Of a stretch of 64,000 bases of DNA, positions 20,849 through 30,884 are shown piece by piece. Every line of letters starts with the position of its first letter. Position 1 is the first letter of the stretch. This stretch comes from an uncultured cyanobacterium (lineage in GTDB: Bacteria; Cyanobacteriota; Cyanobacteriia; Cyanobacteriales; Nostocaceae): NCBI GenBank assembly GCA_963740315.1, contig CAVUDP010000002.1, forward strand, positions 3,456,001 through 3,520,000. Reading direction: 5' to 3'. The notes below the pieces were generated by a model. The model saw only the letters and a list, made by a program, of their open reading frames with translations, had not been told where the DNA came from and searched no databases. The position numbers were made by a program, and so were the translations under genes.

Positions 20849-21288
20849 TTTTGTAGGGTGTGTTATGGCGCGATCGCTAATTCCGATTGTGAAAAAATAT
20901 ATATGTTCCGCGTCTAACGCACCGTTTTAATTAATATTTGCTTGTACATAAATTTTAGTTTTGTAGGGTGTGTTATGGCGCGATCGCTAATTCCGATTGT
21001 GAAAAAATATATATGTTCCGCGTCTAACGCACCGTTTTAATTAATATTTGCTTGTACATAAATTTTAGTTTTGTAGGGTGTGTTATGGCGCGATCGCTAA
21101 TTCCGATTGTGAAAAAATATATATGTTCCGCGTCTAACGCACCGTTTTAATTAATATTTGCTTGTACATAAATTTTAGTTTTGTAGGGTGTGTTATGGCG
21201 CGATCGCTAATTCCGATTGTGAAAAAATATATATGTTTCGCGTCTAACGCACCGTTTTAATTAATATTTGCTTGTACATGAATTTTAG
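20849..21288. repeat. Tandem array of four 110-bp units, each a GTAG-REP-like element containing HIP1
   Basis: TTGTAGGGTG recurs at 20851, 20961, 21071 and 21181; units are identical except for two substitutions in the fourth. Confidence 0.97.
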
Positions 21289-21338
21289 CGGTGCGTTGCT
21301 AATAACTGATAACTGCTTACTGCTAACTGTTCACTGAT

Positions 21339-21378
21339 AAAAAAAGACCCGATTTCGGGGAGAAATCGAGTACATTTG
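21339..21378 (-). terminator. Probable intrinsic terminator of the Spy-like gene
   Basis: CGATTTC-GGGGA-GAAATCG hairpin with a T-run following on the - strand. Confidence 0.55.
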
Positions 21379-21419
21379 AGAGTATCTTCTAGGGAAATTG
21401 CTAAAACTGTTTTAAAAAG

Positions 21420-21746
21420 TTAGTTTGAACGATAAATTGCTCTTTTTTGCTCTTTTGCTACTTGCATTATTTCCTCTACTTGAGTTTGCTGTTCTTGGGA
21501 AAGATTTAAGTTAGCTACAGCAGAACGCATTTTTTGTCCGTCTTCCACAGCACTTTGTAATTGTCCTTGTTGTTGTGGATTTAAGACGGCTTCGAGTTGA
21601 GAACGAGTATTGTCTTTTACTTGTTCCATTTGGGTGCGTTGTGCTTGAGTTAAGTTTTTCTTATCTCCACAAGCGTTTGCAGCTAAAGGAAGTGCAAGAG
21701 TAAGTACGGTAGATGCAGCCAATATTGGCATTAGTTTAGACTTCAT
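21420..21746 (-). CDS. Spy/CpxP-family (LTXXQ) periplasmic chaperone-like protein
   Basis: Signal peptide; LTQAQ, LNPQQ and LNLSQEQ repeats. Confidence 0.8.
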   Translation of the reverse strand: MKSKLMPILAASTVLTLALPLAANACGDKKNLTQAQRTQMEQVKDNTRSQLEAVLNPQQQGQLQSAVEDGQKMRSAVANLNLSQEQQTQVEEIMQVAKEQKRAIYRSN

Positions 21747-21780
21747 TCAGAATGCCTCAAATCTTGTTTCAAGTTCGATT

Positions 21781-21820
21781 ATTTTTAGTATGAATTAACA
21801 ATATGACATCAATATGACAA
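21781..21820 (-). promoter_or_regulatory. Direct-repeat response-regulator box plus candidate -10, upstream of the Spy-like gene
   Basis: ATATGACATCAATATGACAA (11-bp period); TAAAAAT on the - strand 14 nt downstream. Confidence 0.65.
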
Positions 21821-21860
21821 CTAATAATTGGGAATTGGGAATTGATTAATAACAACTAAT

Positions 21861-22013
21861 TAGGACTTAGCAAAAAGACACAATTTTCTTGTAGGGTGTG
21901 TGACGCAACGAAAAAATATGAACGTAGTAATAAGACTTATAACGTCACGCACCAACAACCATTTGTGACAATAATGACGCTACCGCGTCACGCTCCGAAG
22001 ACCGTAAGTCTTG
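21861..22013. mobile_element. MITE/REP-like element (family A) with GGACTTA...TAAGTC ends
   Basis: GTAGGGTGTGTGACGC-loop-CGTCACGCACC core; close relative at 31314-31482. Confidence 0.7.
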
Positions 22014-22199
22014 CTAATAACTAATAAATAAAAAGCCTCTGCTAAGTAACGATTAGCAAAGGCTGATTCTGCAAGGAAACGGTTTAAATTTAAATTATTA
22101 GAACGAAAAATTTATCGTTGATAGACTTCTTGAATAGTTTAGGGAAAAGCAGTTATAGTCATTATTCACCTTTGACATGCAGACATGCAGACCTGATTA

Positions 22200-22697
22200 T
22201 TATCGATCGCGCTCTAGATCGTAAATTGCTTTCTCTAAAATCCAGTTGATTGATTTATCGGGATGGCTTTTTTTAATGCCAGCGACTAATCGATTTGCTG
22301 TATTGCGATCGCCACCGACAAGTAAGAGTAATTGCTTTCTCAATCGCGGATTCGCTTGTTCTATTGAGACGTTGCTTTGCTGATGACCTGATTTCGGGGA
22401 TGAAGTTGGATTTTGTCGGTTTAAGCTCCAAACTACGCCAGCGGTACCAGCACCAATTGCTGCTAATCCTAGTATTGTGGCATTTTCACCGATTTGATTA
22501 CCAACATTATCGTCAGCAACATCGGCGGTAAATACAACGGGTTGATATTTACTATTGTTTTGTACGGGTAATGTTTTCTCTTGACGATTTGATATTGATT
22601 CTATTTGTCCGAATGCGGGGGCAGCCCTTAATGATAAAGTAAGCAAACTGCTAACGATGCCGGTACCAATAATAGCGATAGCATCAAAGCGTTTCAT
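22200..22697 (-). CDS. Hypothetical membrane-anchored protein
   Basis: Signal-like N-terminus, a second hydrophobic helix and C-terminal LLLLVGGD...WILEKAIYDLERDR domain. Confidence 0.7.
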   Translation of the reverse strand: MKRFDAIAIIGTGIVSSLLTLSLRAAPAFGQIESISNRQEKTLPVQNNSKYQPVVFTADVADDNVGNQIGENATILGLAAIGAGTAGVVWSLNRQNPTSSPKSGHQQSNVSIEQANPRLRKQLLLLVGGDRNTANRLVAGIKKSHPDKSINWILEKAIYDLERDR

Positions 22698-22895
22698 GGA
22701 TAATCTTTTATCTCTTGAATGTGGTTAGTGAAATTTTGGATTTCAGATTTTAGATTGAATAATTAATTGTTGGGTGTGTGACGCTTTTAGACATTTAGAA
22801 AGATAAATCAATATTTCGATCGAGCGTCACGCATCAAGGTTAAGTCCTAATTATGACCAAGTAAATTCAAATTAATCTAAAATCTAAAATTGAAA

Positions 22896-24002
22896 TTAGC
22901 CTTGAGAAACGGGGAATTGTCCGGGTTGAACGCGGATATTTACATTTCTTCCGCCGCGATTAACTGCTACTTGAACGTTGCCGCCGACTGTGGTTTTTTC
23001 TACTGCTAATTGAACGTCATCTGCGGTTTTTACCGATTTACCATCGATTCGTTGAATTACATCTCCGGGGCGTAAACCTGCTCTGGCTGCGGGTGAATTA
23101 CGAGCAACGTCTACAATTACGATGCCTTTGTTTGCAGCTAAACTTAAACCAAGTTCGCGACTTAAATCTTCTTTCAAATCTGAAGTTAATGTCGTCATGC
23201 GAACTCCTAAGTAAGGATGCGCGACTTTTTCACCAGCAACCAGCTGACTGGCTATTTGTTGGGCTTTATTAATAGGAATTGCAAATCCTAAACCTTGAGC
23301 GCGTCCGATGATAGCAGTATTTATACCGATAACTTCACCGCGTTGGTTTAATAAAGGACCACCAGAATTACCGGGGTTAATTGCTGCATCGGTTTGGATA
23401 AAGCGAACTCGTTTGTCAGCAGCACCGATGACTCCACTTGAACGCCCCGTACCGCTGATGATTCCAGCAGTTACAGTGTTGTCCAATCCCAAAGGATTAC
23501 CAATGGCGATCGCCCATTCACCTGGTTTGAGATTTTCGGAATTACCTATTTCTACTTTGGGTAAGTTATTAGCAGAAACTTTGACTACAGCAACATCGGT
23601 TAAATCGTCTAAACCAACAACTTCACCCATCAAATTGCGTCCATCACCTAAAGTAACTCGAACTTTAGAAGAACCTTTGACTACATGAGCGTTGGTAAGG
23701 ATGGTACCGTTGGAATCAATAATAAATCCAGAACCTATGCCATTAGACTCCCTTGTACGTCTTCCCCTTGTAGAAGTACGAGTCGAATCGATTCGGACAA
23801 CCGCAGGGCCAGTTTTTTCCACTGCTGTAGCAATAAAGTTATTAGGAACAGCTTGGCTGGTATTTGCCGGTATCTGAGCGATTTTTTGTTGTTGTAAAGC
23901 TTCAGTCGGTAATAATTGAGTAACGGGTAAGGTAAAAGCAGCGCCAGCAAAGAAGACAGATAAATAAGCTAGGGATTTTGGGAATGATATCTTGTTACTC
24001 AT
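22896..24002 (-). CDS. HtrA/HhoA-family serine protease with PDZ domain
   Basis: GSGFII, TNAHVV, DVAVVK, IQTDAAINPGNSGGPL, C-terminal PDZ (SPAARAGLRPGDVI). Confidence 0.95.
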   Translation of the reverse strand: MSNKISFPKSLAYLSVFFAGAAFTLPVTQLLPTEALQQQKIAQIPANTSQAVPNNFIATAVEKTGPAVVRIDSTRTSTRGRRTRESNGIGSGFIIDSNGTILTNAHVVKGSSKVRVTLGDGRNLMGEVVGLDDLTDVAVVKVSANNLPKVEIGNSENLKPGEWAIAIGNPLGLDNTVTAGIISGTGRSSGVIGAADKRVRFIQTDAAINPGNSGGPLLNQRGEVIGINTAIIGRAQGLGFAIPINKAQQIASQLVAGEKVAHPYLGVRMTTLTSDLKEDLSRELGLSLAANKGIVIVDVARNSPAARAGLRPGDVIQRIDGKSVKTADDVQLAVEKTTVGGNVQVAVNRGGRNVNIRVQPGQFPVSQG

Positions 24003-24067
24003 AGTAGTTAGTAGTTAGTTGTTAGTAGTTAGTTGTTTTAAGAGATTAATTAGGAATTTTTGTTGTT

Positions 24068-24107
24068 AACTTTAGTTTCGCAGGTAAATATGACAGGAAT
24101 ATGTCAA
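24068..24107 (-). promoter_or_regulatory. Direct-repeat response-regulator box plus candidate -10, upstream of htrA
   Basis: ATATGACAGGAATATGTCAA; TAAAGTT on the - strand at the same 14-nt offset. Confidence 0.65.
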
Positions 24108-24239
24108 CTCGATTTTAGATTTTAGATTTTAGATACTTCGGCAAGTCTTACAGTGAGCTACGTCGAACTGCTCAGCACAAGTTTTAGATTTTAGATACTT
24201 CGGCAAGCTCAGCACAAGTTTTAGATTTTAGATTTAATA

Positions 24240-24400
24240 ACTTTTCCCTTTTCCCCGTTCCCTTCAACGAAAGTCAGGGTTTAGATAATCCAGTTACTAA
24301 GAAGATATTCCTAGTAACCGGAAACAAGTGTGTGTGTGTGGTTTTGGAGAAAAAGTTAGATATCCGTGGTTGGTTATTGCTTTTGGGTACTAACTCTTTA
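24240..24400 (-). ncRNA. Candidate small RNA or long leader driven by a third direct-repeat promoter
   Basis: No AUG-initiated ORF; unpaired CUCC...CCACACACACACAC tract followed by a 14-bp stem with two G.U pairs that form only on the - strand; boundaries approximate. Confidence 0.4.
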
Positions 24401-24406
24401 CCCGAT

Positions 24407-24446
24407 AGCTTTAATATGACAGGCAAATATGACAAGAATATGTCAG
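24407..24446 (-). promoter_or_regulatory. Third direct-repeat box plus candidate -10, just downstream of the histidine kinase
   Basis: ATATGACAAGAATATGTCAG (24427-24446), extra half-site at 24414, TAAAGCT on the - strand at the 14-nt offset. Confidence 0.6.
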
Positions 24447-24467
24447 GTTTAATTTTAAGCTCTCCGA

Positions 24468-25748
24468 TTAAACTTTCCTCAACGGCAAACAAACTTGAAA
24501 AATACTACCTTCACCAACTTTACTTTCTACAGTAATTTCGCCACCGTGAGCCTTGAGTATTTGTTGCGCGATCGCCAATCCCAAACCAAAGCCACCAGAT
24601 GAACGAGTACGGGAGCTATCTACTCGATAAAATCGCTCGAAAACCGACGGTAAATCTTCAGATGGGATACCAATTCCGCTATCAATAACTTGAATCGATA
24701 TTCGTCGCAGTTGACTAAATAATTTCAGCTTTACCGTACCGCCTTGAGGAGTATATTTACAGGCATTATCTAACAGGTTTTTCAATGCTTGCTGCAATAA
24801 ATCGGAATCGGCTAATAATGTTACTGGTTGAGATGGTAATTCAGCGACAATACTTAATTCTTTTTCTTCCCCAACTAATTGATATTCATCTGATAACTGC
24901 TTGAGTAAACCAACAATTTCCACACTTTGTAAATCTTTCGGATTCAAGCGTCCTTCATGTCTGGCTAAAAACAACAAATTACCGATAAGAGCGCTCATTG
25001 ATTTAGAAATATCAACAATATTTTCCAAACGCTGACGAGGTAGTTCGCTATTATCTTCAGGTGCGAGCAAACCAACTTGAGCATTACTTAAAATCGCCGC
25101 AACTGGCGCACGTAACTCGTGAGAAGCATCAGCAGTAAATCGCTGTAACTGTTCGTAGGAGCGTTTTGTCGGCTTCATCGCCACTCCACCCAAAAACCAG
25201 CCAACAATTCCTACTATGCTTAAAGTAATCGGTACTCCCACAGATAAATAAAATCGCAATTCTGCTAAATTTTTTCGAGTCTGTTGTAGGGATTTTGCAA
25301 CAAGAATATAGCCGATTTGTTTTTTGCCGTTTTTAATTGGCGAAGTTATTTGACGCAGCCAAAATTGTTGAGAATTAGCTGAATACCAATTAAATTTAAC
25401 GGTTTGAAAGCCTTTTACAACCAAATTCGGTGCGGGACAAATATCATCGTTAATTGGTAAAGGTCTTTTTAAATTATCATACCAGCAAGCATATTCAAGT
25501 CCTTTCGGAACCATTTCTAAAGAAGATTCCAGCGGCACACCTCCAAACTCCACTCGATATTGCCCTTTAGAAGCAGGATATTCAAACTCAAAAACATAAC
25601 TTTGAGTTTTATCTTTTAAATCTTGGTCAAAAACGCGCAGCCGTTCTTTAACTATAAAATAATAAACTACAAAAGCGAAAGTAACCAAAATCCCACCCAT
25701 TGCCAGGGTGAATAAATAAGCTAAACGGCGACGACTACGAGTTAGCAT
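24468..25748 (-). CDS. Membrane sensor histidine kinase (RppB/NrsS-like clade)
   Basis: Two TM helices; H-box FTADASHELRAP; N-box NLLDNACKYT; G1 DSGIGI; G2 GGFGLGLAIA. Confidence 0.93.
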   Translation of the reverse strand: MLTRSRRRLAYLFTLAMGGILVTFAFVVYYFIVKERLRVFDQDLKDKTQSYVFEFEYPASKGQYRVEFGGVPLESSLEMVPKGLEYACWYDNLKRPLPINDDICPAPNLVVKGFQTVKFNWYSANSQQFWLRQITSPIKNGKKQIGYILVAKSLQQTRKNLAELRFYLSVGVPITLSIVGIVGWFLGGVAMKPTKRSYEQLQRFTADASHELRAPVAAILSNAQVGLLAPEDNSELPRQRLENIVDISKSMSALIGNLLFLARHEGRLNPKDLQSVEIVGLLKQLSDEYQLVGEEKELSIVAELPSQPVTLLADSDLLQQALKNLLDNACKYTPQGGTVKLKLFSQLRRISIQVIDSGIGIPSEDLPSVFERFYRVDSSRTRSSGGFGLGLAIAQQILKAHGGEITVESKVGEGSIFQVCLPLRKV

Positions 25749-25929
25749 CAGTTATCAGTGAGCAGTTATCAGTGAGCAGTGAACAGTGAACAGTTATCAG
25801 TAATCAGTAATCAGTAACCAGTTAGGAGTTATGAGTAGAAAGTAGTGAGTAGCAAGTAGCGAGTTGGGAATTAACTTCTCCTTGTCCCCTTGTCTCCCCC
25901 GAACCCCATCTCCCCCTCTCCCCCTCTCC

Positions 25930-26604
25930 TCAATTCGGTGCATTCAAGCGATAACCCATACCATAGATTGTTTCCAAACAATCCTTTGCACCTACTGATT
26001 CTAAACGCTGTCTTAATCTTCGTACTAAAGTAGTTACGGCGTTGCTTTCTGGTTGGGTTCCCCATTCCCAAAGGGTATCTTCAATTTGTTCGCGCGATTT
26101 TACTTGATTGGGATGGCGTATTAAATATTCCATTAGTTGAAACTCGCGAGTTGATAGCTTGGCTTTTGCTTCTCCCCGCATCAAAGTCAAAGTATTCAGA
26201 TGTAATTCTAAATCTTCCAGTTTGAGAATATCACCCACCCATTGTGGCGATCGCCTTCCTAATGCTCGCACTCTTGCTAAAAGTTCGATTACGTCAACGG
26301 GCTTTACTAAGTAGTCATCGGCACCAGCATCTAAGCCAGTAACTTTATCATCAGTAGTGTCTTTTGCAGTCAGCATTAATACGGGAGCCGTTTTTCCTTT
26401 TTGTCGATACTGGCGACATAATGCTACACCGCTGACTTTAGGTAACATCCAATCTAAAATCAACAGATCGTATTCTTTTTGGGTAATCAGCCACTGTGCC
26501 GTATCACCATCTTCAACCGCATCAACAATATGTCCTACTGCCGATAGCGCCGCGTGCAATGGCTCCAACTGTCTCGCATCGTCTTCTACAAGTAGAATTA
26601 CCAT
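25930..26604 (-). CDS. OmpR-family response regulator (RppA/NrsR-like clade)
   Basis: LLVEDD, LILDWMLP, GLDAGADDYLVKP, winged helix ETIYGMGYRL. Confidence 0.95.
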   Translation of the reverse strand: MVILLVEDDARQLEPLHAALSAVGHIVDAVEDGDTAQWLITQKEYDLLILDWMLPKVSGVALCRQYRQKGKTAPVLMLTAKDTTDDKVTGLDAGADDYLVKPVDVIELLARVRALGRRSPQWVGDILKLEDLELHLNTLTLMRGEAKAKLSTREFQLMEYLIRHPNQVKSREQIEDTLWEWGTQPESNAVTTLVRRLRQRLESVGAKDCLETIYGMGYRLNAPN

Positions 26605-26794
26605 AATTACAGTTAACAGTGAACAGTGAACAGTGAACAGTTATAAGATACATTTAAAGTTTTCTAGCAAACAGTAGAGCTATATAAATTGGTAATTGGT
26701 AATCGGTAATCGGTAATCGGTAATTGAAAGATAATTTTTAACTCCTAACTTCTAACTCTTAATCTAAAATCTAAAATCTAAAATCTAAAATGGT

Positions 26795-27187
26795 ATGACT
26801 TCAAGAAACCTTTCTCCTCAATGGCTAAAATTCCTTAAATCTTTAGGAATAGAATTCTGGCTACCTTTACCACTTTTAGGAATAAGTTTTTGGTTTGGCG
26901 GCGGATTATTAACAGAGCGAACTTTAACAGGTTCATCAAACAAGGTAGTTGAATTACAAACCACCCAACCAGATTACGGCAAGAGAATAGCATTTATTAA
27001 AGTAGAAATTTATCCAAAAAAAGGCATTTCCTTAGTAACCGTAACCAAATTAAATAAAGTATATAGACAATCGGAAATTATCTTCGCGACTACACACATA
27101 CCATCTGTAGAAGCAGCGATCGCCAAAGAACTCGGATTACCTCCCGAACAAATAAAAAATAAAATGCGCTACCGCTTAGAACAGTAA
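26795..27187 (+). CDS. Hypothetical membrane protein
   Basis: LGIEFWLPLPLLG hydrophobic segment; C-terminal EAAIAKELGL. Confidence 0.65.
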   Translation: MTSRNLSPQWLKFLKSLGIEFWLPLPLLGISFWFGGGLLTERTLTGSSNKVVELQTTQPDYGKRIAFIKVEIYPKKGISLVTVTKLNKVYRQSEIIFATTHIPSVEAAIAKELGLPPEQIKNKMRYRLEQ

Positions 27188-27388
27188 TCAGCAATAATTC
27201 CTTGTCCCCCCATCTCCCCATCTCCCCATCCCCTTGTCTCCCCATCTCCCCATCTCCCCATCCCCCCATCCCCCCATCCCCCCCTCTCCCCATTCCTAGA
27301 TTTACCAAAAAGCGCGTACATATACCCATTTCTTGGTAAGTTAGACATAGCATGAAAAAGTTGCAGTTAAGGTAAGTAAGGAGATACG

Positions 27389-28567
27389 TTGAGTAATCAT
27401 CTTGATGCTATTGCCGCACACGGCGGAAAGTTGATAAATCGCATCGCTTCACCCGAACAAAAACAAGAATTTTTGTCAAAAGCTGATAGTTTACCCAAAG
27501 TCGAACTTGATGAACGGGCTGTTTCTGATTTGGAAATGATTGCGATCGGGGGTTTTAGTCCGCTGACTGGTTTTATGAACGAGTCGGACTATAAGCGGGT
27601 AGTTTCGTCCATGCGTTTGGCGAATGGGGTTGCTTGGTCGATTCCGATTACGCTTTCGGTGACGGAGGAAGTCGCGAATTCTTTTAAAGAAGGCGATTTA
27701 ATCCGCTTGGATAATCAAAACGGTGAATTTATTGGGGTATTGGAATTCTCCGAAAAATATAATTACGATAAAAAACAAGAAGCAATTAATGTTTATCGTA
27801 CTGATGAAGATAAGCATCCCGGCGTACAGGTTGTTTACAATCAAGGTTCCGTAAATATAGCAGGTGATGTGTGGTTGTTGGAACGTAAAGACAATCCGCA
27901 ATTTCCTAAGTATCAGATCGATCCAGCCGAATCTAGAAAGATGTTTCGGGAAAAAGGTTGGAAAACTATTGTTGGTTTCCAAACTCGCAACCCCATCCAC
28001 CGCGCTCATGAATATATTCAAAAATGCGCTTTAGAAACTGTTGATGGTTTGTTTTTGCATCCTTTGGTGGGAGCAACAAAATCTGATGACATCCCTGCCG
28101 ATGTGCGGATGCGTTGTTACGAAATATTATTAGAAAATTATTATCCTGATGATAGGGTAATCTTAGCTATAAATCCGGCAGCAATGCGTTATGCTGGTCC
28201 TCGCGAAGCGATTTTCCATGCTTTGGTTCGCAGGAACTATGGCTGTACTCACTTTATTGTCGGACGGGATCATGCTGGCGTGGGTGACTATTACGGTACT
28301 TACGACGCGCAGCACATCTTTGATGAATTTGAGCCGGGAGAATTGGGAATTATCCCGATGAAATTTGAACACGCTTTTTACTGCACCCGCACCAAGCAAA
28401 TGGCGACTGCAAAAACTAGTCCTAGTAAGAAAGAAGAACGGATTCACCTTTCTGGAACCAAGGTACGGGAAATGTTGCGTCGGGGAGAATCTCCTCCAGC
28501 AGAATTTTCTCGTCCAGAGGTAGCAGCAGAATTAGTACGTGCAATGCGAGTTCCAATTAAGGCTTAG
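27389..28567 (+). CDS. sat: Sulfate adenylyltransferase (ATP sulfurylase)
   Basis: [42 protein letters not shown] start with an AGGAG RBS. Confidence 0.97.
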   Translation: MSNHLDAIAAHGGKLINRIASPEQKQEFLSKADSLPKVELDERAVSDLEMIAIGGFSPLTGFMNESDYKRVVSSMRLANGVAWSIPITLSVTEEVANSFKEGDLIRLDNQNGEFIGVLEFSEKYNYDKKQEAINVYRTDEDKHPGVQVVYNQGSVNIAGDVWLLERKDNPQFPKYQIDPAESRKMFREKGWKTIVGFQTRNPIHRAHEYIQKCALETVDGLFLHPLVGATKSDDIPADVRMRCYEILLENYYPDDRVILAINPAAMRYAGPREAIFHALVRRNYGCTHFIVGRDHAGVGDYYGTYDAQHIFDEFEPGELGIIPMKFEHAFYCTRTKQMATAKTSPSKKEERIHLSGTKVREMLRRGESPPAEFSRPEVAAELVRAMRVPIKA

Positions 28568-28679
28568 TTGGGGCTTAATGCATCTTTTGCTTTAAAAACC
28601 GTATAAGCTATAGCTTTACATAATCCAATTCAGCCCTTTAATCTGATAGCTGAGGAGTTGAGGGTTGAGGGGTAGACTT

Positions 28680-30884
28680 ATGAAGCGGCGAATATTTTTA
28701 CAAAGAACTGGCTCTATTTTGGCGGTATTGGGAATTACCGAATCGCAATGGTGGACGAAGAGTAGCCGCCTCCAGCAGGCTTTGGCAGATCCGACTCCAC
28801 GCAAGTTGGCGTTATTGGTAGGCATCAATCAGTATCCGCAAATTCCCAAACTTAAGGGTTGTCTGACGGATGTGGAACTGCAAAGGGAACTTTTGATCCA
28901 TCGCTTTGGCTTCCAACCGTCAGATATTCTGTCTTTGACAAACAAGCAAGCAACTAGAGAAGGTATTGAAAATGCATTTCTAGAGCATCTTGTTAAGCAA
29001 GCAAAACCCGGTGATGTGGTTGTCTTCCACTTCAGCGGTTATGGTAGCCGGATTAAAACGAAAAACTTACTTGGCGGGATGGAAAATGCTTTGATTCCCG
29101 CCGATGGTATCCAATTTATCCAAAGTTCGGAGAAAATTGCCAATTATTTATTAGAAGACACTCTAATGCTGATGATGCAGTCATTAGCAACCGAACGTAA
29201 TACGGCAATATTAGACACTAGTTATTACAAACCCAGCATCTGGCAGCCAACGGGAATGAGAATTCGTTCTTGGAAAGCGCCTTTGGAAGGACAGTTTTTA
29301 GCTGAAGAAATCGAGTTTCAAAAGCAACTTACTAAGAAAATTGGTGCCGATAAGTTGAGCGTGTTGCTTGCGTCTAGCTCCAGCTCGCAAGATTTGGCAA
29401 AGGAAATCATGTTTTCTGACTTTAGTGCTGGGTTGTTTACCTACGCTCTAACTCAGTATCTTTGGGAAACGACTCCCGCAAGAACGATTCAAATAAGTTT
29501 ATCTCGCATCGGAAGTTCGATGCTGTCTTTGGGTAGCAAACAAGAACCAGCTTTACTTGCAAAGGACAATCAAACTAAAGCCTTTGCTGCCGCTAATTTT
29601 CTCTCAAAGAATATTTTGGGAGCTTCCGGTGCTGTAACGGATGTAGAAGATGACGGTAAAACCTTTCATTTATGGTTGGGAGGAATACCGCCGCAATTGC
29701 TGGAATTTTATGGAATAAATTCCCAATTTAGCTTTTATTCCGCAGCATCTCCTTCAACTGCACCATTAGTCTTGCGTAGTCGCAACGGTTTGAAAGCAAA
29801 AGCCACCATAAAACAGGTAAGCGATCGAATAACTCCCAAAGTCGGGCAGCTTGTCAGGGAAACAGTGCGAGTTTTACCCAAGGATATTAATTTAAAAATT
29901 GCCCTTGATGACGTTAGTTTAGAAAGAATCGAGCGAGTTGACGCGACAAGTGCTTTTGCTTCGATCGAGCGCGTTTCCAGCGTCATAGCGGGAGAACAAT
30001 CAGCCGATTATTTATTTGCGAAACTACCAGAAAAACAAGTTTCCGAAACGGAAGTAAATAATAATTCAATGGCGATGTCGTCTTCAAGTCGCTATGGCTT
30101 ATTTACTTTGGGAGGTGAGTTAATTCCCGATACTCTAGGAGAAGAGGGAGAAGCATTAAAAGTCGCAGTTTATCGGTTAGCGTCTAAACTCAAAACTCTT
30201 TTAGCGGGTAAATTATGGAAGCTGACTCAAAACGAAGCATCTTCGGGTTTGAGTGTTAAAGCAACTTTAGAAATAGTTAACAATAAGAAAAAGCCGCTTA
30301 CTTTGATGCAGCGTCAAACAAAGCGATCGTTAGGCATGGAAACATCCAGCAATAAAGCACCCGATGGCTCTTCCCCTGGAATTCCTACAGTTTCAACTGG
30401 TAGTAAAATGCGCTACCGAGTAGAAAACACTGGAGACAGACCGCTGTATTTAATATTACTGGGATTAAATAATAGTAAGAATCCAATTGCTCTTTACCCT
30501 TGGTATAAAGATAAAGACTCCGAAGAAAATTCCAGCAAACCCGAACTTCAACAAGTAGTTATTAATCCGGGAGAAACGCTAATAGTACCGAAAACTGCTG
30601 GTTTTGAGTGGGTGATTTCAGGACCTAATTTTTGGTGTGAAACCCAAATAATTATCAGTACATCACCATTCACCCGAACCTTAAAAGCGTTAGAAGAAGG
30701 TAAACATTCCACAGGAGATACACAACGTATTTCACCTTTATTAAATCCTTTAGAAGTAGCTTCTTCGCTTTTACAAGACTTGAATCAAGCCAGCATTAAA
30801 GAAGACGAAACACAAATACCTGCTGATTGGGTGTGGAATGTTAATCATTGGGCAAGCTTTAATTTCGTATTTCAGGTAGTTTGA
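28680..30884 (+). CDS. Caspase-like (peptidase C14) protein with altered catalytic dyad and C-terminal DUF4384-like domain
   Basis: KLALLVGINQY, LKGCLTDV, ATREGI, FHFSGYGS, ILDTSY; twin-arginine-like MKRRIFLQ start. Confidence 0.85.
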   Translation: MKRRIFLQRTGSILAVLGITESQWWTKSSRLQQALADPTPRKLALLVGINQYPQIPKLKGCLTDVELQRELLIHRFGFQPSDILSLTNKQATREGIENAFLEHLVKQAKPGDVVVFHFSGYGSRIKTKNLLGGMENALIPADGIQFIQSSEKIANYLLEDTLMLMMQSLATERNTAILDTSYYKPSIWQPTGMRIRSWKAPLEGQFLAEEIEFQKQLTKKIGADKLSVLLASSSSSQDLAKEIMFSDFSAGLFTYALTQYLWETTPARTIQISLSRIGSSMLSLGSKQEPALLAKDNQTKAFAAANFLSKNILGASGAVTDVEDDGKTFHLWLGGIPPQLLEFYGINSQFSFYSAASPSTAPLVLRSRNGLKAKATIKQVSDRITPKVGQLVRETVRVLPKDINLKIALDDVSLERIERVDATSAFASIERVSSVIAGEQSADYLFAKLPEKQVSETEVNNNSMAMSSSSRYGLFTLGGELIPDTLGEEGEALKVAVYRLASKLKTLLAGKLWKLTQNEASSGLSVKATLEIVNNKKKPLTLMQRQTKRSLGMETSSNKAPDGSSPGIPTVSTGSKMRYRVENTGDRPLYLILLGLNNSKNPIALYPWYKDKDSEENSSKPELQQVVINPGETLIVPKTAGFEWVISGPNFWCETQIIISTSPFTRTLKALEEGKHSTGDTQRISPLLNPLEVASSLLQDLNQASIKEDETQIPADWVWNVNHWASFNFVFQVV

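Noticed and set aside
20849..21288. CRISPR array
   Set aside because: Units are identical along their whole 110 nt with no unique spacers, and there are no cas genes in the window.
24274..24535. Short ORFs 24274-24492 (-) and 24332-24535 (+)
   Set aside because: Non-ATG starts, overlap with the kinase 3' end and the promoter box, and no recognisable motif.
12496..27353. ORFs such as 12496-12723, 13362-13616, 18552-18740 and 27090-27353
   Set aside because: They are translations of STRR octamer tracts (PISPSP/GDGEMG), not credible genes.
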